Shown here one piece after another: positions 13,302-24,685 of a stretch of DNA of 64,000 nucleotides (the stretch's first letter is position 1; every line of letters starts with the position of its first letter). The position numbers were made by a program, and so were the translations under genes. Source of the stretch: Podarcis melisellensis (taxonomy: Eukaryota); assembly GCA_964234715.1 (NCBI GenBank), contig OZ174276.1, one strand, 5' to 3'. The notes below the pieces were generated by a model. That model saw only the letters and a list, made by a program, of their open reading frames with translations, was not told the origin of the DNA and did no database searches.

Positions 13302-14799
13302 TAGCTAAGGGGAAAAGCTAATGTGTGAGAGGCATCCCTCCATAATAATAAAAGGGGCAGTGAAAGGATGCTCATAGGCTTGTGAGGAACTAGAATATCT
13401 TTGCATCCTTCTGCTGAAGTTACACCACTGTGATAGGAGATGGTGGAAAGGGGCGCCGGACCCAGTCATGTGCCAAGCATGCAGGAGGAGGAGGAGGTAG
13501 GCTGCCTTTTCCACTTTTGTGCATGTGTATAGAAAACCTATAAATAAAGTAACCCAAGTTAGATTTGGAATAGTTCCTGTGATAGCAAAATGTGAGGACA
13601 AAGGACAAGTCAAGTCAAAAAGACCAAGCAGGCAGAAAAGCCCTTGCTTTTTCCCCTTGTTGCTTCCAGATGGAAATGAAGCCTTGTTTTTAAAAGCCGT
13701 TATCTCTTTTCCTACGCTTACATCCCTTTATCTCTGGTGTTTTTCACAACAGCACTTTTATGTTCTTTGCTGAACCCTCTGAAATATTTTTCCTGTTGCC
13801 CGTTAGCAAGCAGCACAATCTATTAACAATGTGTTGTTGTTGTTTTACCATTTTACTTCATCAGTAAACTTATGCTGATTTGGGGAATTTTTTTAAAAAC
13901 TCTGCATACTCTTGTATAGAAAAGTGTCTGAGAAATATGTATACAAACATTATGGGATGTATTCAATGTAGCACTAAGGAGAACATTCTCTCAGCACAAA
14001 GATTTCTCTTTACATAATGACATGTTACGGCAAAAGGGTTCTAGCCCAACCTAGTTTTCTACGTACAGGAATGAATTGGGGTTTTTTGTTTTATGTATAA
14101 GGGAGATGCAAGTGGTATAGCCACACAAATAGTATAGCCCTTTCGCAACTTTACCATTTCAGTGGGAATGAGGTGTTTGTAACTCAGCGGATGGGACTGT
14201 GGCTGACTGCATTTCCTAGAAGAAGCAGGTTGCTCAGTTCTGTCTCATTATATTACTTGAAACAAATGTGTTTGATTATTCTGTTAAGCAAAGGGTGGGG
14301 AGCACCAAACCTCAGGAAAAGCAAAAGATGAAAAAGAGCCTCAGAATGTTGCTAAAAGTCCATCTTTATCAAATACAGTTCTTGTAAAATACCTGGAAGC
14401 CCAGCGTATTTTGATTGAAAATAACTATCTTCATAGATACTTACTGAAGATTCTCCTATCCAAAATAAAGATTTTCTATTGTTGACGATAAATGCCTCCT
14501 CTTTTGCTTCCCTTGATAGCGCCAACCAGATTTGTCACATCAGACTCAATATAATGTGTCCTATGCTGAAGACAAGCTAGTCATCATGCTAGCCTGTTCT
14601 CAGTCTTTGTTAGTAGGATAAAGCCATGCTGTTGGATAAAAGGTATCACAATATTAAATGCTGCCATTGTCAGCTCTTATTTGGTATACATCAGAACCAA
14701 AAACCCATCTCTTCAAACATTCTTCAAGGAAAACAAAAGGCCTTAAACTTTTTTTGCTAGTCCCTCCAAAATTATTCCTGCTGTACTCATTACTACTGT

Positions 14800-14812
14800 C
14801 CGCTAGATGGCA
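14800..14812 (+). promoter_or_regulatory. Candidate CTCF site
   Basis: CCGCTAGATGGCA is close to the CTCF core consensus, with upstream CTGTAC resembling the auxiliary motif. Confidence 0.55.
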
Positions 14813-17187
14813 ATAGTTTAAAGAGAATTTGTGTTCTGCTCAGCTGGCAAAAATGACATCAGCCTCTTTCACTACAGTCTATACAGAAGGCTGGCAAAGT
14901 AGAGGGAAGAGCAGTAGGTGCATATGTTTGTTTCAGCCAAGAGCCCAATTTAAAGTAGAAAGAGAATCTTGGAGGAGTTTTGGATGAAAGAGCTGCTTTT
15001 CCTGCTTGATTTGACACAGGTAATTTTAAAATAAAGTAATATAGTTTAATTAGCTTTGAACACACACACACCAATGTGTGTCCTTTAGTTTTATATCTTA
15101 AGAAGCAAATGTTTCCATCAGAGGCTCTTTGAACAGAGCCCAGGCGAGTGCATATCAGCTCTAAGTCATTATGCAAATTGCTAACTAGAATAGCCTTTTG
15201 CAAACTTTTCAGCCAAAACCTTGGATTTTCCAAGTTAAGGGGGCACTTTGGATACCCTATTCCATTCCCACTCATTGCATCAGACTGATTTATTTTTATG
15301 ATTATTATTACTTAGATTTATATACCTTAAGGGGCACAAGAGCAGTTCCTTGAAATGTTTCACCAGAATCATGCAGAACCAGCCTTTGTCTTGCTTCTGT
15401 GGCGCAATATATTTTATGGCATATATGTATGGCGCACATCTGCCACAAATAGGAATGTCACTCTGGTGCACCTTGCAGTACTACCTACTGAGCTATCTGT
15501 GCCTTGGAATGGTTTGTTGAGGGCAAAATCAGATGCAATGTGAGAGACGTGACATGTTTTAATTTGCTTAGAAGTCGCTTTGCAGGAACATAGGCAGCTG
15601 GTTTGGATGGGGCCCATGACACTTTGGGGAAAGGAGGTAACACTTTCCTTCCACACACAAAAATATCCCCCTTCCTCAAGCTGCAGACGGTTAGAAGCTG
15701 AGAACAATATAGGATATTTGGATAGGACCTGTATGTGTGGTTGCAACACAGAATTGTGTGTATTCCTTTCCCTAATTTTCCTGTGGTTTTCTATCGTATC
15801 CACTGCAGCCCAAATGCAATGTGACGTGTTAGATGTATATTTCTCTCGCAATATATTTTTATTCAACGTGGCTGCAAAATTGGGGGTATGTTCTCCTGAT
15901 ACCACCACAAATTCCAGTCCAATGAGGACCAGCATTGCAGAAACTTCCCCTTGTCAGTAAAATGAAGCGTGCACACATAGTTGCCTTGAAACCAGTTGGT
16001 GCTACTGCAAGCCCATCACTTGGAAATGAATTTTCCTTGTTTTGAAAAAGACAGGCTGTGAATACTGTCCATGCAATCCAATAGTGTTATGGAAGTGGCA
16101 GTGAGTTCAATGGGACTTACTCCAAGGTAAGTGAATATAGGATTGCTGCCTGAGTTATATGGAAACTGACAGCTTTGAATACTAATTTTGCCTGATATTA
16201 TGAGCTCTTAGCCAATTCATGTGTGCGGATTTTTGTCTGAACTTCTTGCCCAATGATTTCCTTACGCAATGAAACAGTGGGAATTAATTTGTTTCAAAAA
16301 CGGCATAGAGCTTGTCAGCCTTCATTGGAGTGAAGATGCTCAGAGTTTGCCTCTTCCATTAGAACGCTATTTAATTAAAATTTCAACTCCTTAAAACAGG
16401 TCTTCAAGTGCCTCATTGCATTGAATTGTAGTGGGTAGCAGAGTGTGAATCATTCTCTAGGAACCAGTTTCACTCTCAGCTCTGCCTTTATCACCCACCA
16501 TCAGCTAACAAACAAAGCTCCAGTTTTTGTTACAAAAGCTAGTGTATGGGTTTTCAGTCAGCAGTTTCTCAAAGATAGAATTCAACAGGTTGCTGCACTT
16601 GGCCTCAATAAAGACTTCAAAAGGACGTGCATCTATTGAGAAAACAAAACAAAACCACCATCCCATAGTGGGTTGATAATATAATTGCATGCAAATGTCA
16701 ATAAAATATTAAGGCAATCTTCTGCTGAATTGGTGGAAATGGCATCTTTGTTTCGCACAGAGCTTTGCTGGATGATACCGAGACTGGTTCTTCAATCAGT
16801 ATAATTTATTTTATTTATTATTGAACAAAATGATTATAATAAAACCTCTAAGCAGCTTACAAGAAATATTAAAATCATTGGTGAAAACATTTAAAAACAA
16901 TTAAAAACATTTTAAAAATAATTAATTTTAACCATAAAGACTTATCAACATTTATGTGTCTGGATAGGCTTGCCTATCATAAAGGTCATACTGGCTAACA
17001 AAAACAACTTTACTGCTAAAGTATAGACAGAGGCATCTATGCAACTCTGAGACAACCTAGAGGTGCACTGCTTCACACTGCCATTAACGATAAACATGTG
17101 TTAAGCCTCCTCAGATGTTTTGGACAACAGCACCCATCAGCCCTGACCATTGACTATTTTGTTAGCTGACATTAGCTCATTAAGGAA

Positions 17188-17456
17188 AGGAACAACAACA
17201 ACAACAGTATCCCACCCATCTTGCCTCAGCCACTCAGAATCTTCCAACACATATGAAAACATAAAAGATTACACATTAAAAACTTCCCTATATAGGACTG
17301 CCTGTCTTCAGATGTCTTCTAAAAGTTGTATAGTTGTTTATTTCCTTCACATCTGATGGGAGGGTGTTCCACGCGGTGGGTGCCACTACTGAGAAGCCCT
17401 CTGGCTGGTTCCCTGTAATTTCACTTCTTGCAGTGAGGGAAACGCCACAAGGCCCT
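17188..17456 (-). mobile_element. L2 LINE 3' end fragment
   Basis: Reverse complement closely resembles the copy at 53170-53520 (cttctcagtagtggcacccaccgcgtggaacaccctccc..., simple-repeat tail). Confidence 0.75.
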
Positions 17457-18217
17457 TAGAACTAGATCTAATTTCCTAAATGCTTTTAGTAAATAAATAA
17501 GTCGTGGTTACTGGTGGAGCAGACATGCTAATTTTGCCTAGATTGCTGTTTTCTATTGTTTTCTTTGTGAATCAAGGTTGATACTCCAATTTAAGTGAAA
17601 AGCAGGTAGTATAATATTCTGGAGTATGTTCTGTGAGACCATCTTGTGATGTAGAAGGAGCTGGCAGGAAACAATGGCTGCTGGAAGTCAGCCTTTTAAC
17701 TCGGGGATTTCATAAGCTGTAATTGCGTTAAGGGCAATAAGAACTCCAGCTAAATAAAGTGGCATGAAAAGAAGTAGTCAGCACACAGCAAATGGCACTG
17801 ATTGCTCTTCACCCACTGCAAGCTTTAGAGTGTCGTCTCGGGAAATCCAACCACACATCCTAAGTGAAGAAAGTTAAGTCAGGTTTCGACTGGCCCTGCT
17901 CAAAGCAGAAATGGAAATCCTCCCCCCCCCCCCCGCCCACTCCTCCTTGCTATTAGCTGTGGTGGTGAAGAATATCACTGTCAAGACTGCTCAGAGAACA
18001 ATAGGCAATCCTGGAGTAGCTGGAGCTGTTTCATTCAGGCACAGAAAAGAAGCTAAAGTTCATTTGCCCCTGAAAAGCTCCCCCCATCTCAGGCTATGTG
18101 TTGAAACCAGAAATTAGTTATACACCCAGACGCACGAGGTTTTTGGTAACCCACCCTGCCATCACCAACATTTTGTAGAAAAGACTAATTGCCAAGTACC
18201 ATATGCATGTGGGACCA

Positions 18218-18389
18218 NNNNNNNNNNNNNNNNNNNNNNNNNNNNNNNNNNNNNNNNNNNNNNNNNNNNNNNNNNNNNNNNNNNNNNNNNNNNNNNNNNN
18301 NNNNNNNNNNNNNNNNNNNNNNNNNNNNNNNNNNNNNNNNNNNNNNNNNNNNNNNNNNNNNNNNNNNNNNNNNNNNNNNNNNNNNNNNN
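18218..18389. other. Assembly gap or masked run (172 N)
   Basis: Run of N. Confidence 0.99.
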
Positions 18390-18744
18390 AATATCAGCTG
18401 AGCCTCACAAAATACCTTTGAAATGGCGTCAATGGTTTATTTATTTTAAACAGATCATTAAGATGCTATCATTAATAAACCATTTATAGGGAGGAAAGCC
18501 ACCCCCCAAAAAAAACATAACCCCAAATTGCAACTGCTGTGTCCAGAGGCTTCACCACTGGATAGGAATAGTCACTCAGGTGCAAGACTCAGAGGCTCCT
18601 GGATGAAGAGGAAGATTGGCTCAAGTCATAGGAGTAATCTAGGGTTCCTGGTCAATGGAACCATAGGGCTAGTGATCAGTTTGCAAATGTTCTTGGAAAG
18701 CACACACAGTGCTAGCAACCAGACGCACTTTCTAGCTTTCAAAA

Positions 18745-18845
18745 ATGATTTGCCATCTCTGCCTTCCTTCCTCTTGGGAGAACATGGACTTGGGAACTAT
18801 CATTCATGCCATGGTGACCTCAAGGATTGATTACTGCAATCCCAA
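18745..18845 (+). mobile_element. L2 LINE ORF2 relic
   Basis: Translates TIIHAMVTSRIDYCN, matching the L2 ORF2 motif HAxVTSRLDYCN. Confidence 0.7.
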
Positions 18846-19443
18846 GATGGTTGGGAGGCTATATGATGTGAAATGCCTGGGTGGTAGTCCACCAGGACCA
18901 TGCATGAATCTGTTCTTTGCCATCACAGGGGTGGGCAGCCTTGTTGGGTTGGTTAGTTTTTTACTAGAACTATTTGAACCACTCTGCTTTTGCTGCTGCT
19001 TTATCTTTGACGACTTTGGTGATTCTAGCATTTTACTGGGTTTTACCATTTTGAATATTGTCATTAGTTACTGTTACTTATTCATTTTACCGCTGCTTAT
19101 TTCTGGTTTTTAAATGTATTGTGTTGTGATGTTAGGGGAAGCTGCCTTGGGAGGATTTTGACCCTAAAAGATGGCTTGTAAATATTTAAAACAGAAAGCC
19201 AATGAGAGCCAGGTGCAAAATAGATACGATTAGCATGAAAGAGCAGGGTGCCAGAGAGACCAGTAGTTTCTAATATCCCCTCATACCTTATTGGTTCAAA
19301 TAAAAGTTTTGTCTAGGCAGGCATCCTGCTTCTAACAGCAGCCAGCCAGCAGTCACAGAAGAGCCTATGAGCAGATATGAGGACAAGCATAATTTCAGTT
19401 GAGAGATACATTTCCTCTCAACATGGAGGTTCCATTTGGCTAC

Positions 19444-19736
19444 TGTTAAGTTGTGGGCGAACATATCAGACGACACAGCGATTCTTCAAACAGCTCTTGT
19501 TTATTCAAAGGCCAGAACAGAACTGAACTGAGGAGCTCAGTCAACCTGCTTATATAGAGCTCCAGAACAACGTAACTGTTGCATCTTTCTAAAACTATCC
19601 AATCACTGAAGTCACTTTCTATCCTTCATTTGCATACAAACTATCCAATCACTGAACGTCACTTTCAATCCTTCATTTGCATAACTATCTACAGTATCCC
19701 CCTGCTGGCCCAGGGTGAGAACCTCAGTACATAACA
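19444..19736 (-). mobile_element. Solo LTR, 293 bp
   Basis: TGTTA...TAACA termini with perfect 5-bp TSD GCTAC (19439-19443 and 19737-19741). Minus-strand TATATAAG at 19549-19556 and AATAAA at 19500-19505. Confidence 0.9.
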
Positions 19737-22060
19737 GCTACCATGGCTAAAATCTGCAGTTTCCCTGTAACCACCTATGTGGCTTGGGGACATCATTTCT
19801 TAAAGGGCACCTTTCTCCATAATAGTTTCTTTTCATCTATGGAAACTGATTTGCTCAGGGTTCCACCTGTCTATGAAGTACTGAAATCTGCTAGGGTATG
19901 TAGAGTGAGGTTGCCTGACACATCAGACACCCCCCTTTTAAAAAACCCTCAAATCTTTTTATTCTTCTTCTGAAGGTAACAAGGTCTACACAGAGAATTT
20001 TATTGCAGCAGACTCTACCCTCTGTCCTCAAATGAACTAATTGCTGGTCCTCATCCAGATAATCCTTGATCAGGATTAGAAAAATCACAATTTATTCATT
20101 ACTTCTCCAACATGTATGGCTTCCTTTTGCTATAAAGAACTCAAAGTTTTCACCACAAGTGAAGGTAGTTTCAAATGCTGCGTATACCAATAACGTCTTA
20201 GAAAAGGGGATTCCTTTTCCTAAGTATTACTTAATCCTCAACATTTCCTGGTAAGCAGCCCTTAGTAAACCAAGGGTAGAACACAGTTTTAAACCTATGC
20301 AGGACATATTGGGACCATACCTTTTTCCAACACTTGTTTCCTTTTTAGAAAATGTACATATTGTCAAACTAAAGTAAGCACTGTACTATTTTCTGTGCAT
20401 ATGTAATAGGTTTTCTGCTGCATAATTCTGTTTTTCTCTCACTTTTCTTCAACACATCTGATGCTGGAATCTTAGACATGGCCTTTGAACAAAGCTACTT
20501 TGGGGAAATAGGAGACTTTTTTAAAAAACACAGAAATGAAGTCAGTGTCTTGTTCTGTGTGTTATTCATGTAGCGTTTTGTTAGGGCTGCCATAAGTCCG
20601 GATTTTCTGGGACACTACTGGAATTTCAAAGGTGGAATTGATATCTGGGGGGATTTCCAAAAGGGGGCACTTTGTCCTCGATCTTAGGCAAGTCCTGGAC
20701 CTTAGGCAATTCAGACCTCAGGTCTGAATGCCATCTGTCCCATAATACATTCATTACATGGCCTTGGGGGGGGTGCATCTTGCACAATTCCCCACCACCA
20801 CCAAGAGGAAATACACTTCAGCAGGCCAATATTCAGATGCCATTACATCTGAACCAGCAAACCACGGTTTACAATTCTGATTAGGAGGAGGAAAGCAAAC
20901 CACAGGTTTCCCATTTGAATGTAACAGCAGATGGTGTGTCGTGAGAGAGGGGGGATGGCAGTGAACAGAAACTCTTTATCTAAGCCTCAACTGCCCTGCT
21001 TTCATCTATATTAGGATAATTTTGGGTTGTATCTAATGGTGTCACTCAGCTGATGGTAAGACTTCCATCAGCAGAACAAGATGGAAGCCATTTTTAGCAA
21101 TCTTCCCATCACCCTGCAGCCCCCAAATCTGATCTGGAGGGTTCCTCGGCTGAAAGATGCCTGACCACCAGCTGAATGACAGCATTGGACACAGCCCACT
21201 GTCACAGCTTTCCTGACAGTTGTAAGGATTGTGACGTTATGTGAAGCACTTTGAGCATTTCAGAGCATTGTATATAAATTATATAACTGCTGTTTTCTAT
21301 CCTTCTTAAATTGTTTGCTAGAGTGCCATCTAGCTTCAGCTGATTGATTAAATGGGATCTGAACTGATAATCAAAATGTTGCCCTCACCCATTTCTGATG
21401 ACATTGGGTTGTATCCAACGTTAGTGATACTCATAATACATCTACTGAAATTACTAGCATGACTAACATAAGCCTCTAAACTCCAATAGTCTATTTTGAC
21501 TAGGACTAACATACAAACAACCCATTGTTTTGCCCATTACAGAGACTAAAGGTTGATATGTTTGCTGTGTCCAAAAGTTAATTCAAATAAGATGAGCTCT
21601 GTGGCAACTGCAAAATACAGCGTATTTCTATTGTGGGGTTTCAAAGATTTTAGTCCATTTGTTTGGAAAAACCGGGCAAATTCTTTTCAAGTTATAGTAA
21701 GCAATACATGGGGGGGGGGTTTAAAAGCTTTACAAATTTCAAGAAACACTGCCAAAAGCACAGCTTTTCTTTGATTTAACATAACATATTTACTTATGTA
21801 TGATAATAGCTTGGTGACACTGTGCGGATTTCAGCAAAAATCAGAAACAAGCAGGAACACATGCAGCCTCAGGGCTTGTACAAGTATTCATAGTGCACTA
21901 CATAATACCTGCAGTTTTGAAACCAGGGGGCATTGTACCCCCCAGAGTTAGGCTGACTTAGAGGCATCCATACTTTTCACATCACTAGCACATTATTTCA
22001 ATTCCTACTCCAATTCTTTTCACCTAAGGCTTGGGGCACATTAAAATATCATATTGGTTT

Positions 22061-22414
22061 TTAAAGGTACCCCTGCCTGTACGGGCCAGTCTTGCCAGAC
22101 TCTAGGGTTGTGCGCTCATCTCACTCTATAGGCCGGGAGCCAGCGCTGTCCGCAGACACTTCCGGGTCACATGGCCAGCATGACAAGCTGCATCTGGCGA
22201 GCCAGCGCAGCACACGGAATGCTGTTTTACCTTCCCGCGGGTAAGTGGTCCCTATTTATCTACTTGCACCCGGAGGTGCTTTCGAACTGCTAGGTTGGCA
22301 GGCGCTGGGACCGAACAACGGGAGCGCACCCCGCCACGGGGATTCGAACTGCCGACCATGCGACCGGCAAGTCCTAGGCGCTGAGGTTTTACCCACAGCG
22401 CCACCCGCATCCCT
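22061..22414 (-). mobile_element. Full-length Sauria SINE
   Basis: Minus strand starts GGGATGCGGGTGGCGCTGTGGGTAAAAC (A box), has GTTCGAATCC (B box), the GCAAGTAGATAAATAGG core and an ACCTTT tail. 12-bp TSD TCATATTGGTTT at 22049-22060 and 22415-22426. Confidence 0.93.
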
Positions 22415-22504
22415 TCATATTGGTTTACTACTTGTCAAATGGGATTTCTTAACCACATTTCAGGACATAAACCTCCGAAGACAATTCACAAGCATTTTTC
22501 ATTA

Positions 22505-22546
<42 letters not shown>
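22505..22546. repeat. (AAT)n microsatellite
   Basis: About 14 perfect AAT units. Confidence 0.95.
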
Positions 22547-22547
<1 letters not shown>

Positions 22548-22627
22548 TGCTATTATTTGTATTAAATACAAATTGCTGAAGTTCAATACCATCCCCTAGA
22601 CAAACCTCATATAATGAAAAATACAAT

Positions 22628-22774
22628 CTGTGGCACAAAGGGCCAGTGTGTCTGGCTGTTCACCAGAAGGCTGGTGGTTTGAGCCCACTCAGGGATGGCT
22701 GTGGGCAGGATTCCTGCATCGCAAAGGGTTGGACTAGATGACTCTTGGGGTCCCTCTGTGATTCTATGATTCTA
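22628..22774 (+). mobile_element. tRNA-derived SINE with CR1-type 3' tail
   Basis: B-box-like GGTTTGAGCCC, then gattcctgcat...ggttggactagatgac and a (GATTCTAT)2 CR1 tail. Confidence 0.75.
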
Positions 22775-23779
22775 ATAATGCAAAAGATTAATAAAAGCAA
22801 CATAAAATGTCTCTAAGAGACAGAACATAAGGAAGTACAACTTAGCCTATGCTACAAGAGCATAAGGTTTATTTAGAACCACAGTAAAACAATGAGAGCC
22901 TAGGCTTTGTTTTATAGGACAATTTTAATAGGTGTGGGTGAACAAAATGCTCTTCATCTGCACTGAAAAGACCATTCCCTCTTCCCTCCCTGACCATTTT
23001 TCCTTGCGTGCCATATTTCTTTAGATTGTAAGCCTACAGGCAGGGGACTGCCTTAATTAAAGTCACTCTGGAGCCTTTTGGTCTGGAGAGAGGAGTACAA
23101 ATGCTCTAAATAAATAAATAAGGTGCCAGGAAACTCTTCTTCAACTACTGGGGTGCTACCACAGAGAAAGCCCTTTTTTCTAGCAGCCGCCTGCCTCGCC
23201 TCGCCTCCTTTGGTGGTGGCTCATAGAGCAAAGCCTTTGAAGAGGATCATAAGGTTTGGGTAAGTATATGCAAGGAGGCAATCTTTCAGTAAAATTACAG
23301 CATCCTCCTGATTTATAGGCAGCAAGAAGAAAAGTTAAAAGAACAGCACTATGCGATTGAAATAGGAAAGTTTTCGAGGATCTTTTAAAAGCCATTAAAG
23401 ATGGGCCCATGCATATTTCCTTGGGAACATTACAACAAAGAGGAAAACATCAAATCAATCATCTACTAAAATGCCAGGCTGTTAGCAGCCAAAATTTGGC
23501 AACTAAGCTAAACCAAGATTTTTTAAAACTCAACAGCAGCTTTGCATCACTTGGGCCTAATGCAAATTTCTATCTGGCCAAATATATTCACCTCTTTTAT
23601 TACAACCTTTTCTGTAATGGAAGCCCAATGAAGTAACAGGAGAGGTTCCCCAGGCAACCATCCCACCTCCATACTCCTCCCCCTACATTGTTCCCCCCAC
23701 CAGGCATAGTTCCAAATCTGTATTTCTAATGGAAGGGAATAAAAATGGGCCAAGGAAGGCCCCAGGGATGGGGAAGCAT

Positions 23780-23885
23780 ATCATAGAATCATCGAATTTT
23801 AGAGTTTGAAGGGACCCTGAGGGTCATCTAGTCCAAGTCTCCATGGCAGACGGCCATCCAACCTTTGCTTAAAAATATCCAAGGC
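23780..23885 (-). mobile_element. CR1 LINE 3' end fragment
   Basis: atcatagaatcat...gaagggaccctgagggtcatctagtcca is the reverse complement of a CR1 terminus. Confidence 0.75.
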
Positions 23886-24209
23886 AAAGGACTGTACTAT
23901 CACCATGGAAAACTATCTGGGGTTGCATTCCAGTCAGTGACACACAATCACCAAACACTTGACACAAACACAAAGCTATTTCCCCATTAAAACACATGCA
24001 GACATTTAATTCTTAGTAACTCCAGTCAAGTTTCACCTTCCATTTTCCCAAAACGCTTTGGGTGGAATTAAAGAAAGATCTAAACACTTTATCTGTCCTG
24101 TATTTGCAAAAAGTAAAAAAAAAAAAAATCTCAGTAATTATGGAAGACAGATGCAAATAACATCAGCTCACAGCTGAACTGCAAGCCTTGCCTTAACTAA
24201 ACCCTTAGA

Positions 24210-24320
24210 TCATCTTTGGAAGACCTCCTCAAGATCCCCTCTTTGAGGGAGGCTGGTGTCAAGGGTGAGAGCCTTTTCAATTATGGCTTCCCATCTGTGG
24301 AATGCTCTCCCATCTAGCAT
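24210..24320 (+). mobile_element. L2 LINE ORF2 C-terminal relic
   Basis: Translates RAFSIMASHLWNALP, matching the L2 RAFSxxAPxLWNxLP motif. Confidence 0.6.
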
Positions 24321-24552
24321 CTTCTTTAGCATGTTCACACAAAAAGCTGATTCTCCACTGCTCATTGTCTTCATTTCAGCATCCAAAGAAAGATTGGGGG
24401 GGCGGGTGTGTATGTTGCTGCCGCTAAACAATTTGTTAAACCATTATAAATATGAAGGTCCAGCCAATCTACTGCTAACCACAAGCAGATCCTAGTTTTA
24501 TCTTTTGGCCACCCCCAATACATAGCACCGCTTTTTGAAAACAGTAGCAGTC

Positions 24553-24685
24553 TCCCCTAGCCTGGTGGCCTTCCAGATGTTTTTGGGACTACAACTCCCA
24601 TACTTCCTGACTAGTGGTGATGCTGAATGGCTGTGATGGGAGATATAGTCCAACAACATCTGCAGGGACACAGATGGAGAAAGTT
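24553..24685. mobile_element. Palindromic hAT-type MITE
   Basis: Internal inverted repeat cagatgtt..ggactacaactccca / tgggagatatagtcc..aacatctg. Confidence 0.7.

Noticed and set aside
15414-15960. 173-aa (-) and 126-aa (+) intergenic ORFs
   Set aside because: No recognisable domain, low-information composition and no supporting exon structure.
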